Of a stretch of DNA of 64,000 nt, positions 50,801 to 64,000 are shown in pieces (positions within the stretch are counted from its first letter, which is position 1; every line of letters begins with the position of its first letter). Position numbers and translations under genes: made by a program. The notes under the pieces were generated by a model that was given only the letters and a program-made list of their open reading frames with translations, was not told the origin of the DNA and did no database searches. Origin of the DNA: Phoronis australis (lineage: Eukaryota; Animalia; Phoronida); contig NMRA01000368.1 in the NCBI GenBank assembly GCA_002633005.1, positions 1 to 64,000 of the forward strand, read 5' to 3'.

Positions 50801-53800
50801 TGATTCGTAAAGCGACACTGCACGCGCTTACAGAGGTCCAAAGATTTATAACTTCAAACCGATACAAAATTAATTAGACACGGTTTTAAACCGTCGACGT
50901 GTTAAAACGCCAAAACATGGCTTTTGGTGAGGCACAAAATAGAAAAGAGTCGCTAAATTTCTCATCTTGATACTTGAACAAATTCTTCTGACAAACAAAA
51001 CTTGACTCGCAGCAGTAGCGCTACATTTGTAAACCCGGGTCTTCATGTGTAACCCGACAACATTTTTACAGAAGGGCGCCAAGTTGATATTAGCAGATGA
51101 ACATGATCATTGATTGAAAGTAAAAGTTGGTAAAAATGGACTTGTGATAGGTAACCGTATGTACAAAAAAACGACAATGGGGGACGGAAATCCTGAAAAA
51201 TAAATTTCACCTCTAAACTCCAGCTACGACCTCCGACCAAATTCCTCATCTAGACAGGTACCCGGTACTGCAGTTTTTTCACCAAGTCTGAAGTTGAGTC
51301 ACCAGGTACATAGCATTCTCTGCCCATGTGGTTTTTGCTCGTCCTGGCGGGAGTGAGGATTAGAGGGTAGTAGCTTTGCCATGGAATCGTTTCTATACCC
51401 TGAAAGTCGCGTTCGTCATCGTTCCTTTTCTCGTAGAGGGGTGAACCAGGGCTTGGACGGGCTCATGCTAGAAAACGAACTTAAACTGAATCTGTATGTC
51501 TACCGAGGAAAACGTTTGGTGTTTATTAGAAACGGGAGTCTAGGCTGCCACTGTTTAATATTTTAGTAGACACCCGCTAATTTAAATAATGAGCGTAGGG
51601 TAGACTGTAAGCTGAAGGGGAAATGACAAATCGCACCGCAGCATTCAAAAAACATACTTTATCATCGAGGTTTACGATAATAACTAATTCTAAGAAGAAA
51701 CGTACAGTTTCAAAGTTAAAGTATATTTTACGAGAAATTAGCAAACCACTATAACTCCGCAGTACCAGCCGAAGGCTCTTCCGCTGAGCCAAATCCCACG
51801 CGTTAAGTAGCGGGGTATTTTAAGCGTATTAATGGTAAAAGTTGATTTCACCGAATATCTGGCAGTCAATGGCGTGAATTGGCGATTTGTAACAAAACCA
51901 CAAAAACACACAACGGATTATGTTGAGTTGTAACTCTGGTCAAAGCTAACAATTTCAAGAAAACAATATCATCAAGCTATAATCCCAAAGTGCGTTTTTC
52001 GGATGTAAAACCGATGCCCATATAAACTCCCACGTCATACACCTTCCTCGAGAATCCAAATAGTCATGAATGATTTCATCACTAGAATTACACCATTGAT
52101 CGTTACGCTCATTTGATACAATAGTCGTCATTTTTTGTACGACGTTATATGGAATTATAAGTAGATCTTGGGAAACGTTTTTGGCGCCAAATGTTACCTT
52201 CCTCTTTTCTAACGGAATTTTAAGGAACTGGAGTTTTTCAATAGCCTAAAACCATACAGACCTATGCTTCACTGTGACCATTCACCACTAACGTCATTGC
52301 ACGCCGTATTCAAAGGATCAAACGGAGAATTTTAAATTAAAATTCTTAGACATATCAAACGTCCTTGTCACTTCTTTAAAACTTGTTTCCTGGCAGCACT
52401 TTTTAACCAATCATATCAATCTTAGGTACCTTGAAAGCCAGAACCATTGAGTATTTTCACGGCATGCTGCTTTGCATAAAAACTATGAGCAAAGTTTCGC
52501 CTGGGCTAGTCGCCAAAGCGAAATGCTGCACGTTTTTGTAAAATACACGCGCTATGAAACTTTTCTGTCATGTAATCTCTGTTCACAGCCCTCGATTCGC
52601 CAATGTGACCTCAGATTGTGTTTGGCGACCTGGAAAAATTCCAAGTCGCCACGTAGTCGCCACTGCGAGAATCAAAGTCGGATAATAATTTCCTCTAAAT
52701 TCGTTTCAAAGTTCGTATTGTCTTCAAAACTTTAAATTCCAAGATTTATTACCTTTGATTCATAATTGTTCCGTTTATTTCGTAAAATCAACGTCGGAAT
52801 TGTTCGGCAAAAATCGGGCAAGATCGGCAAAATTCGCACCACTAGCCCATGTGGTCGTATGCGTTCTATGTTCGTTCGCCGGCGGGGGAATTTTTGGTCG
52901 ACGAATGATCATGATATTGATAATACACATCAGGTGACGTCAGCAATACAGATATTTGTTTAGTTTGAGGGGTTTTAATGGGAACTTTTTTTAATAAAGA
53001 GTATTATACTAAAAAACTGAATTTACTACTTTAAGGATTTCGATCTCAAGGTTTATGGCATCGAATTTCCGTTTCGTTGGAAAATCTACATTCACTAGCT
53101 AATCATTTAGATTAAACTTATTTCATGGGAACAGTTCAGATCAAAATTCTTGTGAGCTTGTCCCTCATTGCGTTCGAACACAAAGAAGATTCCGAGTTAC
53201 ATGTAGGGCAGGCGTGCAGTTAAAACAACTGATTAAGCTGTAACACACGCAGTCATGTTGTAAGTTCGTAACGATTCAGAGGTGGTGGTAAACGGGGCTA
53301 ATTTGTCACAACTGTGAAATCAACAAAATCCCTCAAACAGAATCGTAATGATAACGACAGCATCGTTTGCGAACGCATTATAGTTTAATCATCTTCCTAA
53401 ACGGTTCTGACAAGTTTATTGTTACGAATGGCTACAACGTGTTAGCTCAGATTGGCAACGACAGGTGTTGTCAACATCTTAAAAATACCGAATATCTTTT
53501 GACACGGCGTTTTGGGTTATTTATTATAAGTCAGGCAAATTAAGTTAGCTGCCGTGCCGGTCTGAGTTCAACATTGTTTCGTCACGTCCTCGTTGATCTA
53601 ACGAAACGGTTACCAGACCAGTCCTTTGCATTGAATTAAATGGAAACGAGTTTGCACTGATATTTACTGCACCGTTGTATATAAGTAAAATTCCGAAATG
53701 TGGCAACTTAGAATCGTCACACAACTGTTCTTTTAGAAAATAATAAAGCGAGTGTGCCGTTGCCTAAAGCATGTCACGTGCCGTGTGTGTGGTAATTTGT

Positions 53801-54668
53801 CATCGCCATGCGCCGAAGGAAATAAACACCCTAAGTGTTACAATCGGATAAGGTGACGACAGCAGACAAACGCCGTCGATTACAAGAGAAGAGGAGACAA
53901 ACCTTCCCTTCGGACAGACTGTGAAAGAGGAACGTTAGATTTTCCTTGAAAAAGAAATCCAATTGAACATTTATGATTGTAATTAGGAGACTATTCTGTG
54001 TTATCATCCTCATGATATTTTATACCATCGGGAATTCCGTCAGAAGGCTCAAATTGACTTAATCATCGAACCTGTTACCCTAATATTGAACTAAGAAGTT
54101 TATGTTACCAACCCTAGATATTTGTTGTCTCAGATTTGGGGCACGTCGCCTTTTCCAATAGGAGTGCAAGTTGCTTGACCATGTTAATTATGGCAAACTA
54201 ACATGAAACTCGAAAAAGAAGTTTGGGACAATTTCTCAAGACGCAGGTCGTTCATTTGTGATTACATCTGAAAACGTGTTCACTGGTTAGATTCAATTTA
54301 GGTCAAGTTATTTAGAACACCAGTAGTGTTTACATGTTTTAACAGTGTTTATATTAATTTTACTCTAAACATGCGACTTGTGTATTTATGATGCCTCAAC
54401 AACCAACCCAGCTGTCAGTTTTTGAAGTTAACACTTACATTTTCATGACAATTGAAATTTGAGCCTGCTAGTGATTTAAGGGTACTCGTGTCGGTCTCGT
54501 TGGAAATACACTTTCGCTTTTCCAACAATACCGTATTTCCCGGTGATCCTTCGCTAGATGCCAAAAGTGTTTTATCGACCACTACCTGCCTCTTACCCTC
54601 GCAGACGACAATGTTGAGCAGATTCCATTATAGCTGATAGGTTCGCTCCAGTCGCTGTGCGCTTAGCC

Positions 54669-54749
54669 CAGGGTAGAGTTGAGTAACGCTGGTAATCTCG
54701 CGAAGTCTTGATTTTTAGCGAGGTCTTTGTGTTACTGAACTCTACCCTG
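54669..54749. mobile_element. 81-bp hairpin MITE derivative in Wnt10 intron 1
   Basis: 19-bp TIR cagggtagagttgagtaac / gttactgaactctaccctg (1 mismatch); core shared with the 21319 family. Confidence 0.75.
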
Positions 54750-55346
54750 TTTTCCACAATGACTTGTGCAGTGTTCGTGGTAGCAGTACTGTGACAAACA
54801 AAACTGGGAGAAGGGTTACGTATCCCAAAAAAGTGCAGCATCTGAGGGGTAGTATTGGTTGATTAATGAAATTTCCGACGACTGGTGGGAAGGCGAAGGA
54901 AATGGCGAGCCTGAGTTAAACGAAGTTGAGTTTATCATATATGTGCCCCCAATATTTTTGTTTTCCTGTTTGCATTGTAAACTTCAGAAAACGGTACTGG
55001 GGCACATCTTGTTGAACAAGCGTTCTAATGACTCCCACAAAAAGCTAAATAAAACGTTAAGTTTCATTTAGGCTGATTAGATGTAACTCTATGTCATGAT
55101 ACATTTCTCGTCACAACGGGAAGGACTACTTCGACAAGTTAATAAAACATTATTAAAATTTCATAAGGAGTTAAATTTTGTTGGTGGCTATCGAACGGGG
55201 TAATTTATGTAAGCGAGTTCTACTACTAGGAGTACATATGAAATTAGTTGTAAGTTTCCAAGCTCAGAAATAAAATGTAAGGCCTGGTGTCCCCCATTTT
55301 GCTCAACGGCGAATATTTCACACCGACATTTCGTGATTCATTTCAG

Positions 55347-55618
55347 GGTTCAGGGGGCTCTGACAAACGACATACTTCGGCTAAACATTCCTAGGCTTCC
55401 GAAGGTGGATCCGAATACTGTGTGCAAGACGTACCCTGGGCTCTCAAGGAAGCAGTATAAGTTGTGTGCCAGGTACCCGGATGTGACAGCCTCGGCACTC
55501 CAGGGTATCCAGATTGGAGTGCACGAATGCCAAAACCAGTTTAAAAACTACAGATGGAACTGTTCTTCTTTGGAAGTGAAAAATAAAAATCCTTTTTCAA
55601 GCCCAATATTAGCTCAAG
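55347..55618 (+). CDS. Wnt10: Wnt10 coding exon 2
   Basis: ttcAG acceptor, G/GTAAG donor; [12 protein letters not shown]...[65 protein letters not shown] matches the Wnt10a/b NDIL, NTVC, PDV.ASA.QG and RWNCS.LE motifs. Confidence 0.95.
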
Positions 55619-58600
55619 GTAAGTCACGTTTCGTTGATTTATTTCCAGAAGTCGCTTACACGTATACCGCATTTTGAAAACCCGTTGTCTTCACTGCTAG
55701 CAGGGATCAACCTCGTTCTCACTGTTTACGTGACGATTCTTGATTTTCACTTGTTCTCAAAATATCCAAAATTAAAATATATACATAAACACCAATTGTT
55801 AATTGACACGAAACGTTTCCAACACGAGTTTATCATACCAATGATGAATTGCGCGTGTTTTCTTAGGTAAAATATCTGCAACTGCGAACTGAAATATGGC
55901 CAAAAATCTATGGTAGTTTCCGGTCGGTACCTCTTCTCATTTTGAGATATGCGTTTACCTACTAAAAAAAGAAAAACACCCGCCCGATTCAATATCAGCC
56001 AAGGTCTTTTTTGAAAAATGCACGCCAGCAGGGGAAGTGAGGTTCGTAATGCCATAACTTGCCAAGCGATGAGTAAAAAAAAACAAATATCGCATCATTT
56101 TGCTCGTCTCAGGTGTTTTTTTTTTTTGAAAAAGTGAGCAACTAAAAATTTCCGCTTCGCCGACTTCATTTTCAAGAACAAAAACAGAGACCAGAAGCAA
56201 CTATGCCTTTTTTGGCATGAAAGCAGTTTGAGACGGTTTAACAAGCCAAAAATAACTACTGTGGCGTCCTCCCCATTTAGCACAACGGATCGTTGAAAAC
56301 CAAAAGTCTTATTTCGTATTAACTAAGAACTAAAATTGTTCATTTTAACAATCGCAGCTGGAAAACTAAACAAGGCTCGCCAATGAATTTCACCTGTGTT
56401 CCAACACAATAATCGCATTAGTTGTGACCCGAGTGATGCACGCGCAATGAAACCTGGAAATTTTAAATACAGGGTGGATATGAGTACAGGTCCTTTTAGT
56501 GAGAACTCTGAGTAAAGTGCAATCAGTTGAGACAGTAACTTCCTCTTGAAGCTGTTGTTATAATCAGAAATAATTGACGCCACAGGCGCGAGACCAATGA
56601 ATCTGTGCTAATGGTCCCTCGACCCCTTGTTACTGAGAATGTGAGCTTATACTCTATAAATTCCGATATATTTCCAACAGTTGTGTTATAATTCGCCCTT
56701 TGTGGTCACAGTCGTCAGTGCACTGCAAGAGAGATTCCCACAGATAAAAAGAATAAAGACTAAAGGATCATCGTAAATCTCTTAAATTTGGCAAAATATG
56801 CACCGTCTGCAAATGGTGAAACTCACTGAACCTTATTCAGCCAGATGTCTAGACTTCACTGCAAAACATTGACCAACCGGTATATCAACAATCATGGGAA
56901 AAGCGCAGTTTTGAAGGAAATTACGAGTCGGAAGCACTGTAAATAAGCTCACGTTTTCCGAGTATCATTTAAATGTTTCAACACGTAAATTGCATCAGAT
57001 GCAATTATCTTCCGAGGTTCTCTGAAAAATTACAATGAAACTGGTACGCCTTACATTATGTGAGGGTGGTCCGCGAGCAATGTATTATGACTCGTTCTGA
57101 ATGAATTTAAGAATGTTACGAGATTAACCCAATCATCCACTTCTGGTGCAGCAAATGCTTGTTTTATTAGTTTGTTGTTGTCGGACAAGTCATGCGGTCC
57201 GGTGATGACGTCACTTGAGTATTACGTAAAAAGCACTGGCCAGCGCGTGGAGTCATCTGCTATAACAATGTGACCTCGTGGGATTGTCCAAGTGCCTCAG
57301 GCTACTTGCATAAAATTGAGTTCAAACTTGATAATGTGTTCTGTGATTGCGCTAGGATGACGTAACATTAGCCACCACAACCTTAAAATGACAAAACAAA
57401 GTTTGAAACGGGCAACCAGTTCCATTAAGTAATAAATCGTGATGGCCTCGTGCCTCTAAATTTCTTCTACGATCCTCTAAGCCCAAGTCCCAGCTTGCAG
57501 ATACCAATCTTGAGGGACCGTGAAATCTCCAGCCCCCAAACCCCACACATGGGCCGAATATGTATATTCCCGAGCGCGATTCAAACTACAGGCCAGAGTT
57601 AGGAATCTGGTCCCACGGCTATCGGGCGGAGTTTGCATGGTCTTTGGGACTGAACTTTGGTCACCAGGTATCATGGAGCATTTTCGGCATACGAGGGGAA
57701 CTCATAAGCGTGTGTCTGTGATTTGTATCGCGGCTTTGGTGTCTGTTAGTCTGGAACTGGACATTATTCGTTGGATCGTAGGTAGCCGAGTAGGAGCGCG
57801 GCTATGGAATCCTTTCAATCGTTTTGTGAAGGAGCAAGAGTACGCTAATGCGACCGATGTCGTAACACAGGATTGCGAAAACTTTACTTGACCGTGGGGT
57901 GGGGGGGGGGGTTAGGCATACATATTATGATCGGGGAGTACCCACTCTCGAACCAAATTTCACAAGAAATGCTAATTATATATTCAGTAAGACCTCGATT
58001 CGCATAAGAAAATATGATTTTGATGCACCAGTAAAACAAATATCGTTCTTGCCTGACGGCAGTTGTTGGACATCTTCCTCACATGACCACGGCAATCAAA
58101 CGGTGGATCAGAGGAGGTTATCTAACCAGCAGGAGACCGGTGATAGACACTGCCATCCGCGAAATGGTTTTTATCGGTGCGATCCTGCGGAGAAGCACGC
58201 GGTGCTTACTGTGGAATCTTGTGAAAAACATCCATTTTATTAGTTTCAGGATACGAGTTGACTGCAGATGAAACCCATTCAAGGAAATCGTCAAAGGAAG
58301 TGTGATAAATGATTGGTGCGATGCAAAAAATACTTTCGAAGAATTAGTGTTAATTTCATGCACGTGCCAACCACGTGGCGAACAGGCGTCACTTATTCTG
58401 CAGCATTTATTACTGTATTGTGTGATAGATCATTTTTTGTCTTCTTTAAACGATGCCACGCTAATGGGGTGTTTTGGTTGGTTAGCAAACAAGCATTTTG
58501 GAGCTATGTCAGAAATTCAAGAGAGCAAAATCAGTTTAGGCCCTGTTCCGTAGAAGCAATACACTCTGGAAAGCGTAACGTCACCCGTAAGTTTTCGCGA

Positions 58601-59312
58601 TATACCGCCATACACGTAGATTACAAGGGAAGCTCGTGACCGCGGCAGCTTTTCTTGTGACATTCTTGCTTCTGCGGAACTCTGCCCAGGTCAGGTCTGC
58701 CGTGCCGCAGTTGATTACACGCCTGAACAAACTGGCACTGGAAAGTTTTCCGTTAGTTACCTGGAGGCCAAGAAAGGAAATCTGCATATTTAAAAGTTGT
58801 GTTGGCCGCGTGAGGACGTACAAAAATGCGCATGCTGAAAGCATTTCACGTAGTTAGTTCATGGGGCATTCTATAATAAAGTTTTGAACTAGTAATGAAC
58901 ACGCCCCTGATGAACTTCATTGTATAGGGTACACAGGTACAGCCACTGCGTACAGCCAGCGAAAAAATAACAGCTATGATTCATGAACAACTTTTCTACA
59001 ATGTGTTATGGTATTGCTTTTATCACATTTACATGGTATTTGAGATTCAAAAAACTCAAACAATGAGATTAATTTGGTTACCTACGCTTTTTATCCACCA
59101 CGGTGTTGTCAAGCGCTCTCTTTTGGCCAAAACGCTTAGCTCGTGCGTTGAAGTTGCATTAGTTCGCAACTTGATTATGGGGTATATTATCTCCACGTTT
59201 CTTTTATACCAAGGCAATTTTCCGTCGTTTTCGTCATTTTTGAAATTCTTTTTATAGAGACTTGAAATAGTGAAACTGCCTTGAGTGTGGTTTATCACAT
59301 ATTGAATTGACG

Positions 59313-59538
59313 CATGCGCACACCCAGCCTAAAAATGGGGTCTCGAATTCTTGAGAATGTGGACCTTTTACTTCACTAGGATTCACGGGGTACGTTCAGA
59401 GCTATGCATAATGCATTCGCCGAGTTTTGGTAGTTTCTTCCTTTTTAGTGGATTTTTGTCTCGTTTTCTACTTTTTTCGGAGGCGGACATTTATGCCCAC
59501 TTCGTTCAAGCCCCCCGAGCCCCCTGGGCGAGCGCATG
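59313..59538. mobile_element. MITE related to 28168-28393, 5-bp TSD (TGACG/TGATG)
   Basis: catgcgcacacccag ... ctgggcgagcgcatg termini. Confidence 0.7.
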
Positions 59539-59633
59539 TGATGTATCTTGAAATCACAATTTTCGTCGTTAACTTTACGCGATGACGGTACCAACAAAGT
59601 CGTTCGATGTTCGTTCATTTCCGCGTGACGTCA

Positions 59634-60501
59634 CAGTGGCGGATCTAGGATATCACAAGAGGGGGGGCCAACATTTTGTCCGGCTGTAAGCATTTGCGCA
59701 AACCACGATTGTAGATGCGCATAGCACCGAATGGGGGGAGGTCGGGTTTGCCCCCTCCCGCCCAGGAAATGTTTCTGTTTTTTCCTCTAAAAACTTGATC
59801 AAGCATTTTCCTTGATTTCTGATGTATTATCCAAGAAAAAAAGAAACACGGAGAACGTGTCACATAGGAAAAACTGCCAGTTCCACAGACTCGAACTCAC
59901 GACCTGGCTGATGGGACACGCGTGCTTTACCACTACAACACCACGATTTCACTAATAAACTTAAACTAAGAGACCTACTTGTTTATGGTCCACAGCGTTT
60001 GCGCGCGAAACCTACTTCTTTTTGAAATACTTATTACACGTTTTATATTTTGTGCAGTCGGTTCTTAACAAATTTGTTGTATTTAAAATAGTCTTCAAAT
60101 GCCCAAAAGACCAAATCCGTTTTTCGTGTTGGTATTAATGACGGGATTGCTTTGGAAATCGTCTTAATTTAAGGTTTAGCAAAGAGAGAATTAATGAGTT
60201 TCTGAGTGATTCATTAAGGCTTCGATTAAAATTCACATCTTACCAGCAGCTTCTGTTTTTTCATCGTCACTCAGGTTCCATTTTGTTTAAAAAATGAAGT
60301 AAATTTTCTTCATTGCACAGTGGAGCAGACGACGGAAACGGANAAACTGCACACATTTAAATCTTTTTTCATCCGTATAATTTTAATTACCGGGGCAAAT
60401 TAATAAACTCAACATTTTCCTACGCTCTTGCTGTTTTATTTTTTTGCGGCAGCCAAGGGGGGTGGGGGCGGGCCCCCTGGGCACCCCTAAATCCGCCTAT
60501 G
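59634..60501. mobile_element. Composite MITE of the cagtggcggatctagg family with nested insertions, 5-bp TSD (CGTCA/CGTAA)
   Basis: Left end cagtggcggatctagga, right end cccctaaatccgcctatg; spans an N at 60343. Confidence 0.6.
59875..59948 (-). mobile_element. tRNA-derived SINE head
   Basis: - strand gTGGTGTTGTAGTGGTAAAGCAC...GAGTTCGAGTC gives A and B boxes with tRNA-like spacing; acceptor stem not intact. Confidence 0.55.
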
Positions 60502-61804
60502 CGTAATCGTGTACATTACTACACGACTTACCCGGATTCTGAATTCCATCAAATTACCAGGAGTAACACCGGGAAAATTTAGTTATGAGTTACGAAAGTT
60601 TGTTTACACAATTAAAAGTATTATGGGGTCACGGTCTGCCAATAGGAGCGGCAAAAATACCAGTATACCGGCAGTCAGCAGGAATCTTTGGGGACACGAC
60701 CGTTGGTGGAATTAATACCGTTATTTGTTTCTGAAATATTTCTGGGATTTCGAAATGCATGGGAACGCCGCCAATGTCTGTCTCAACTGACATATCCACC
60801 TCTGGGACAGGCGCATAATAATAAACGCTTCGTAAGGCCCAATGGTAAACGAAATGGCATGATCGTGACATTCACGAAGAACTCGTGCATCACTGAATGA
60901 GATCAATGTAGTTCAATCTTGACAGCCGTCAAAAGATACACTCTTGCCACAGCAGCACGGGTGGGAAGTGACCCGGAAGACGAATACCAATGGGTGAAGT
61001 AATTGTAATTCATCCAAACTTCTCTACATTGTTGTGCTTAAAGGTTAAAAAAACGTGACCAATAAGCCACTGAATTTTCGGAACCAAATATTTTGATACG
61101 TATTTTTTGTAGATAATATAATCGACAATAAAGCGTTACCACTGAAGACAGTGTTTTATCTGAGCGTTTATTTACGGTGGTCCCAAGATGACGGGAAGAT
61201 TTTTTCATGGCATTTACTCATTTTTCGTTTGTTGATGTTTTTGCATGTTTTGCTCTTTATGACCAACTTATTTTTTATTTCTGTCATGGAGCGTATTCTC
61301 TAATATGCTAATCGCCGTATTGGTTTTCACTTTTAAGATTAACTTAATGAATTTAGTCCTTAGCCATATAACTCATTTCAAATTTTCCAAAGAATAGACA
61401 TAAGCTCCACCTAAGGTACGAAATAAGTCCAAATATTTGCTAACATCACCTCTTATTCAAAACATGGTGGACATGACATCGAGAATTGCTGAGAGCGAGC
61501 GTTTCCGTGAAGTCGAACGAATTGTATTAGGAAAACTCGAAAATATGTGCTCGTGAAGTCTGGTGTCGAATGTAGGCTTCTAAATGCGTGACTATGTTCG
61601 AACTTGATGCCTGTTTACTGCTTCTTATTTTTAGTATTTTTGGAACATTACTTTTTGTGGTTCCTTTTATTTGCGCTGCAGGTATCAACCACAAAAGTTG
61701 TTGTTCTTTGGTATTAGTACCGTTTTAACGGCTTGCACTCTTAGTACACATATTTCCGATGAACCGCACAATTAACCCGCTTTCCTTCTAATTACTATCT
61801 TGGC

Positions 61805-61971
61805 TCATTGGTTTTGTCAGACATTCATCTTAGGACTAATTTCATGAATACCATACTTTCATTGGTTTTGTCAGACATTCATCTTAGGGCTAATTTCATG
61901 AATACCATACTTTCATTGGTTTTGTCAGACATTCATCTTAGGACTAATTTCATGAATACCATACTTTCATT
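61805..61971. repeat. 54-bp minisatellite x3 in Wnt10 intron 2
   Basis: tcattggttttgtcagacattcatcttaggactaatttcatgaataccatactt x3. Confidence 0.95.
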
Positions 61972-62290
61972 TATACGGAAAAAGTACCTGAGAAAAACGT
62001 TATTTTTCACGCCCTTCATATGGTGATAAGCAGAGTGATTAGCGTAGTAACAAACGCATTAATTTTTGTTTAACATTTTGCGTTTAATTTCAATATCATC
62101 TTCAAAGGGCACCTTTTTAACTGTCAGTGCCACGAGAAGTGTTCAAAAAAGGTAGCTACAGTTTCTATGATAGCAATGATAACAGGGTTCTGTCTGGACA
62201 GATTTGCTCGACTCTTCGTCAACAAGGTCACTCTTCCAATGCGTTTTTCTTCCTCCTCTAGAGGAAAGTTCAGTTTGGGCAGTGCCATTT

Positions 62291-62404
62291 TGGGTAGAGC
62301 TCAGTGGTTGTTTCGCAGCACGAAAAATACATGACAGTATCTCGCGTAATCTCGCGAGGTCATGCTTTACTAGCGAGGTTCTAGTGTTACTGAACTCTAC
62401 CCTG
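62291..62404. mobile_element. Short MITE, family of 54669-54749
   Basis: gggtagagctcagt ... gttactgaactctaccctg termini; shared gtaatctcgcga core. Confidence 0.7.
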
Positions 62405-63241
62405 GTCGATACGTTGAAATTTTCCCGCTGATCTGCGATGAGACTGGTGCCAATGACCGTTGATTGGTGGCGTTGCATTTAATGTTCTTGCGGAAGTAAG
62501 TTATTCTTTTAGGTGTGTGCCACCAGCAAAAACGTTATTGATGCATTTTCATAAAAGAATTCAGGAGAGGCTTGGCATCTTTTAACTTTCAATGGACTGG
62601 ATTTCGGAAATCGTGTCGTAAGAGGTGGATTTGACACAGAATTCATGGAAGCAAATATAAAATAGAAAACGGATAGAAGTAGTGTTGCAGTAGTGTTGGA
62701 CGTGGGATTTTGTTAATTTAAGTTAGCATAATTTTGAAAGCCGAAATTAATGTAGAGGCCGTTCTCGGGATTGCACCATGGTGCGTCATGTTGTCGTTGT
62801 CGCGTAAAACGTGATGACGTCACACGAAAATGTGGAACTTTTGGAGTTTAGGCCTACTACCATTCAGTTTAGAGAACAAAACTTTCATTCTAGCTCGACT
62901 CGAAAGTTGATCAACCCCATCTAGTGGGTTTTCTTAGTACGTACAACCCTATTTGCCAATTGTCTAGTAAAACTTCATGGTTTCAGGTCCTGCTTTGGTT
63001 TTATTATACGCTAGCCTCGACTTGTTGAAGAGGCCCAAATTCTATCGAACCCAAAATCTTGTTGCAAGACGCATTCTGCTCATTGACGATCTTTTGGTGG
63101 CGTTGCCATCGGAGTATGTAGGTCTATGCGAACGATCTCTGAGTATTTTCTAGAGTGCAACGTCTGTTTGGTTTGCTTTATAAAGATTTAAATAGGATAA
63201 CATGCACATTATTATACAAAGTAATTTCTATATATTTCCAG

Positions 63242-63528
63242 GCTATAAGGAAACAGCGTTCGCCTTTGCAGTAACGGCAGCAGGGGTCACCCACCAAGTT
63301 GCTAAAGCCTGCAGTTTAGGGAAGTTGAAGTCGTGCGGCTGCGACACAAGTCTGATAAATACCACGCCCAGGAGACTGTCGCTAAGAAACCAATGGGAGT
63401 GGGGCGGTTGTAGCCATAACATTGCTTTCGGAGTCAAATTCACGCGAGACTTTGTGAACTCTCGCGAGAAGGGTCTTAAAGACATTAGAGCCAAAATCAA
63501 CAGACATAACAATAAAGTTGGTCGGCTG
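63242..63528 (+). CDS. Wnt10: Wnt10 coding exon 3; gene continues beyond the window
   Basis: ttccAG acceptor (phase 1), CTG/GTAAGT donor; GYKETAFAFAVTAAGVTHQVAKACSLGKLKSCGCD...WEWGGCSHNIAFG..F..DF..SREK..DIRAKINRHNNKVGRL are canonical Wnt motifs; ACSLGKL and WEWGGCSH are typical of Wnt10. Confidence 0.95.
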
Positions 63529-64000
63529 GTAAGTGTTTTGAGGCACTTTAAGAAAAACTTAAGTAAAGTTACGTGACAATTAATTCCTTGATTAATATTT
63601 TGAAGGTCATTGAACCCTGAGAATAAATGAATTAGTATCCATATGAATTGATACCATGACTTTTACTTGTGTAATTTCGAAGTGTTAAACATGACAGCAG
63701 CAGTGAGGACGACAGCGGGTGGCAGGGAAGACGACATGCAATCGTTCAACATGCCAGCCACTAGTACCCGTCTTCTTGCCACCTTCCGTGTATTTCCAAC
63801 AAGTCGTGAACTTCACCGTAGTTTTATCATAGACCATGGAATTTTGCAATTGTGTTTCTGGATCAGTCAGACACGAGAAAGCACAATAATGGACTTTAAA
63901 ACAAAGCAACGTTTCTCCTTCTTAACCAGCCCTATTTTTATTCTACTCTCGAAACAAAACTAGTATTATTTCGCCCAAAAACAAAACTTGTTCTAACAGA

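Noticed and set aside
57520-58640. Cluster of 100-120 aa ORFs in Wnt10 intron 2 as a nested gene
   Set aside because: No recognisable motifs, no consistent splice chain, overlapping frames on both strands
59875-59948. Functional tRNA gene (also 18724-18810)
   Set aside because: A/B boxes present but acceptor and anticodon stems do not pair properly; embedded in repeats, so a SINE head is more likely
61808-62026. Repeat protein LVLSDIHLRTNFMNTILS x3 resembling a metallophosphoesterase SDIH motif
   Set aside because: Consequence of a 54-bp intronic minisatellite whose length is a multiple of three

Overview
AT-rich, repeat-dense eukaryotic (invertebrate metazoan) genomic DNA, not prokaryotic; most ORF-track entries are noise. 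Two spliced genes can be reconstructed by hand. (1) On + strand, three coding exons of a Wnt10-subfamily gene (43765-43877, 55347-55618, 63242-63528), which continues beyond the window. (2) On - strand, a three-coding-exon gene (15348-15359, 13748-14097, 13217-13352) that the ORF track only partly captures. It encodes a 165-aa secreted precursor: a signal peptide, a very acidic 68-aa propeptide, and a 77-aa Arg/His-rich, acid-free, 9-Cys mature domain with cystine-knot-like (IL-17/trunk/PTTH-like) spacing. I cannot assign it to a named family; it is the best candidate for something undescribed. The rest is mobile-element debris: a decayed pogo-type DDE+PHD transposon (partly duplicated), a CR1/L2-type LINE 3' end, a Penelope-like fragment with an inverted terminal repeat and a minimal hammerhead ribozyme, TTAA-flanked (Kolobok-like) MITEs, CA..TG MITEs with 5-bp TSDs, tRNA-derived SINE heads and minisatellites. 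Single-N junctions with duplicated flanks point to haplotype-overlap assembly artefacts.
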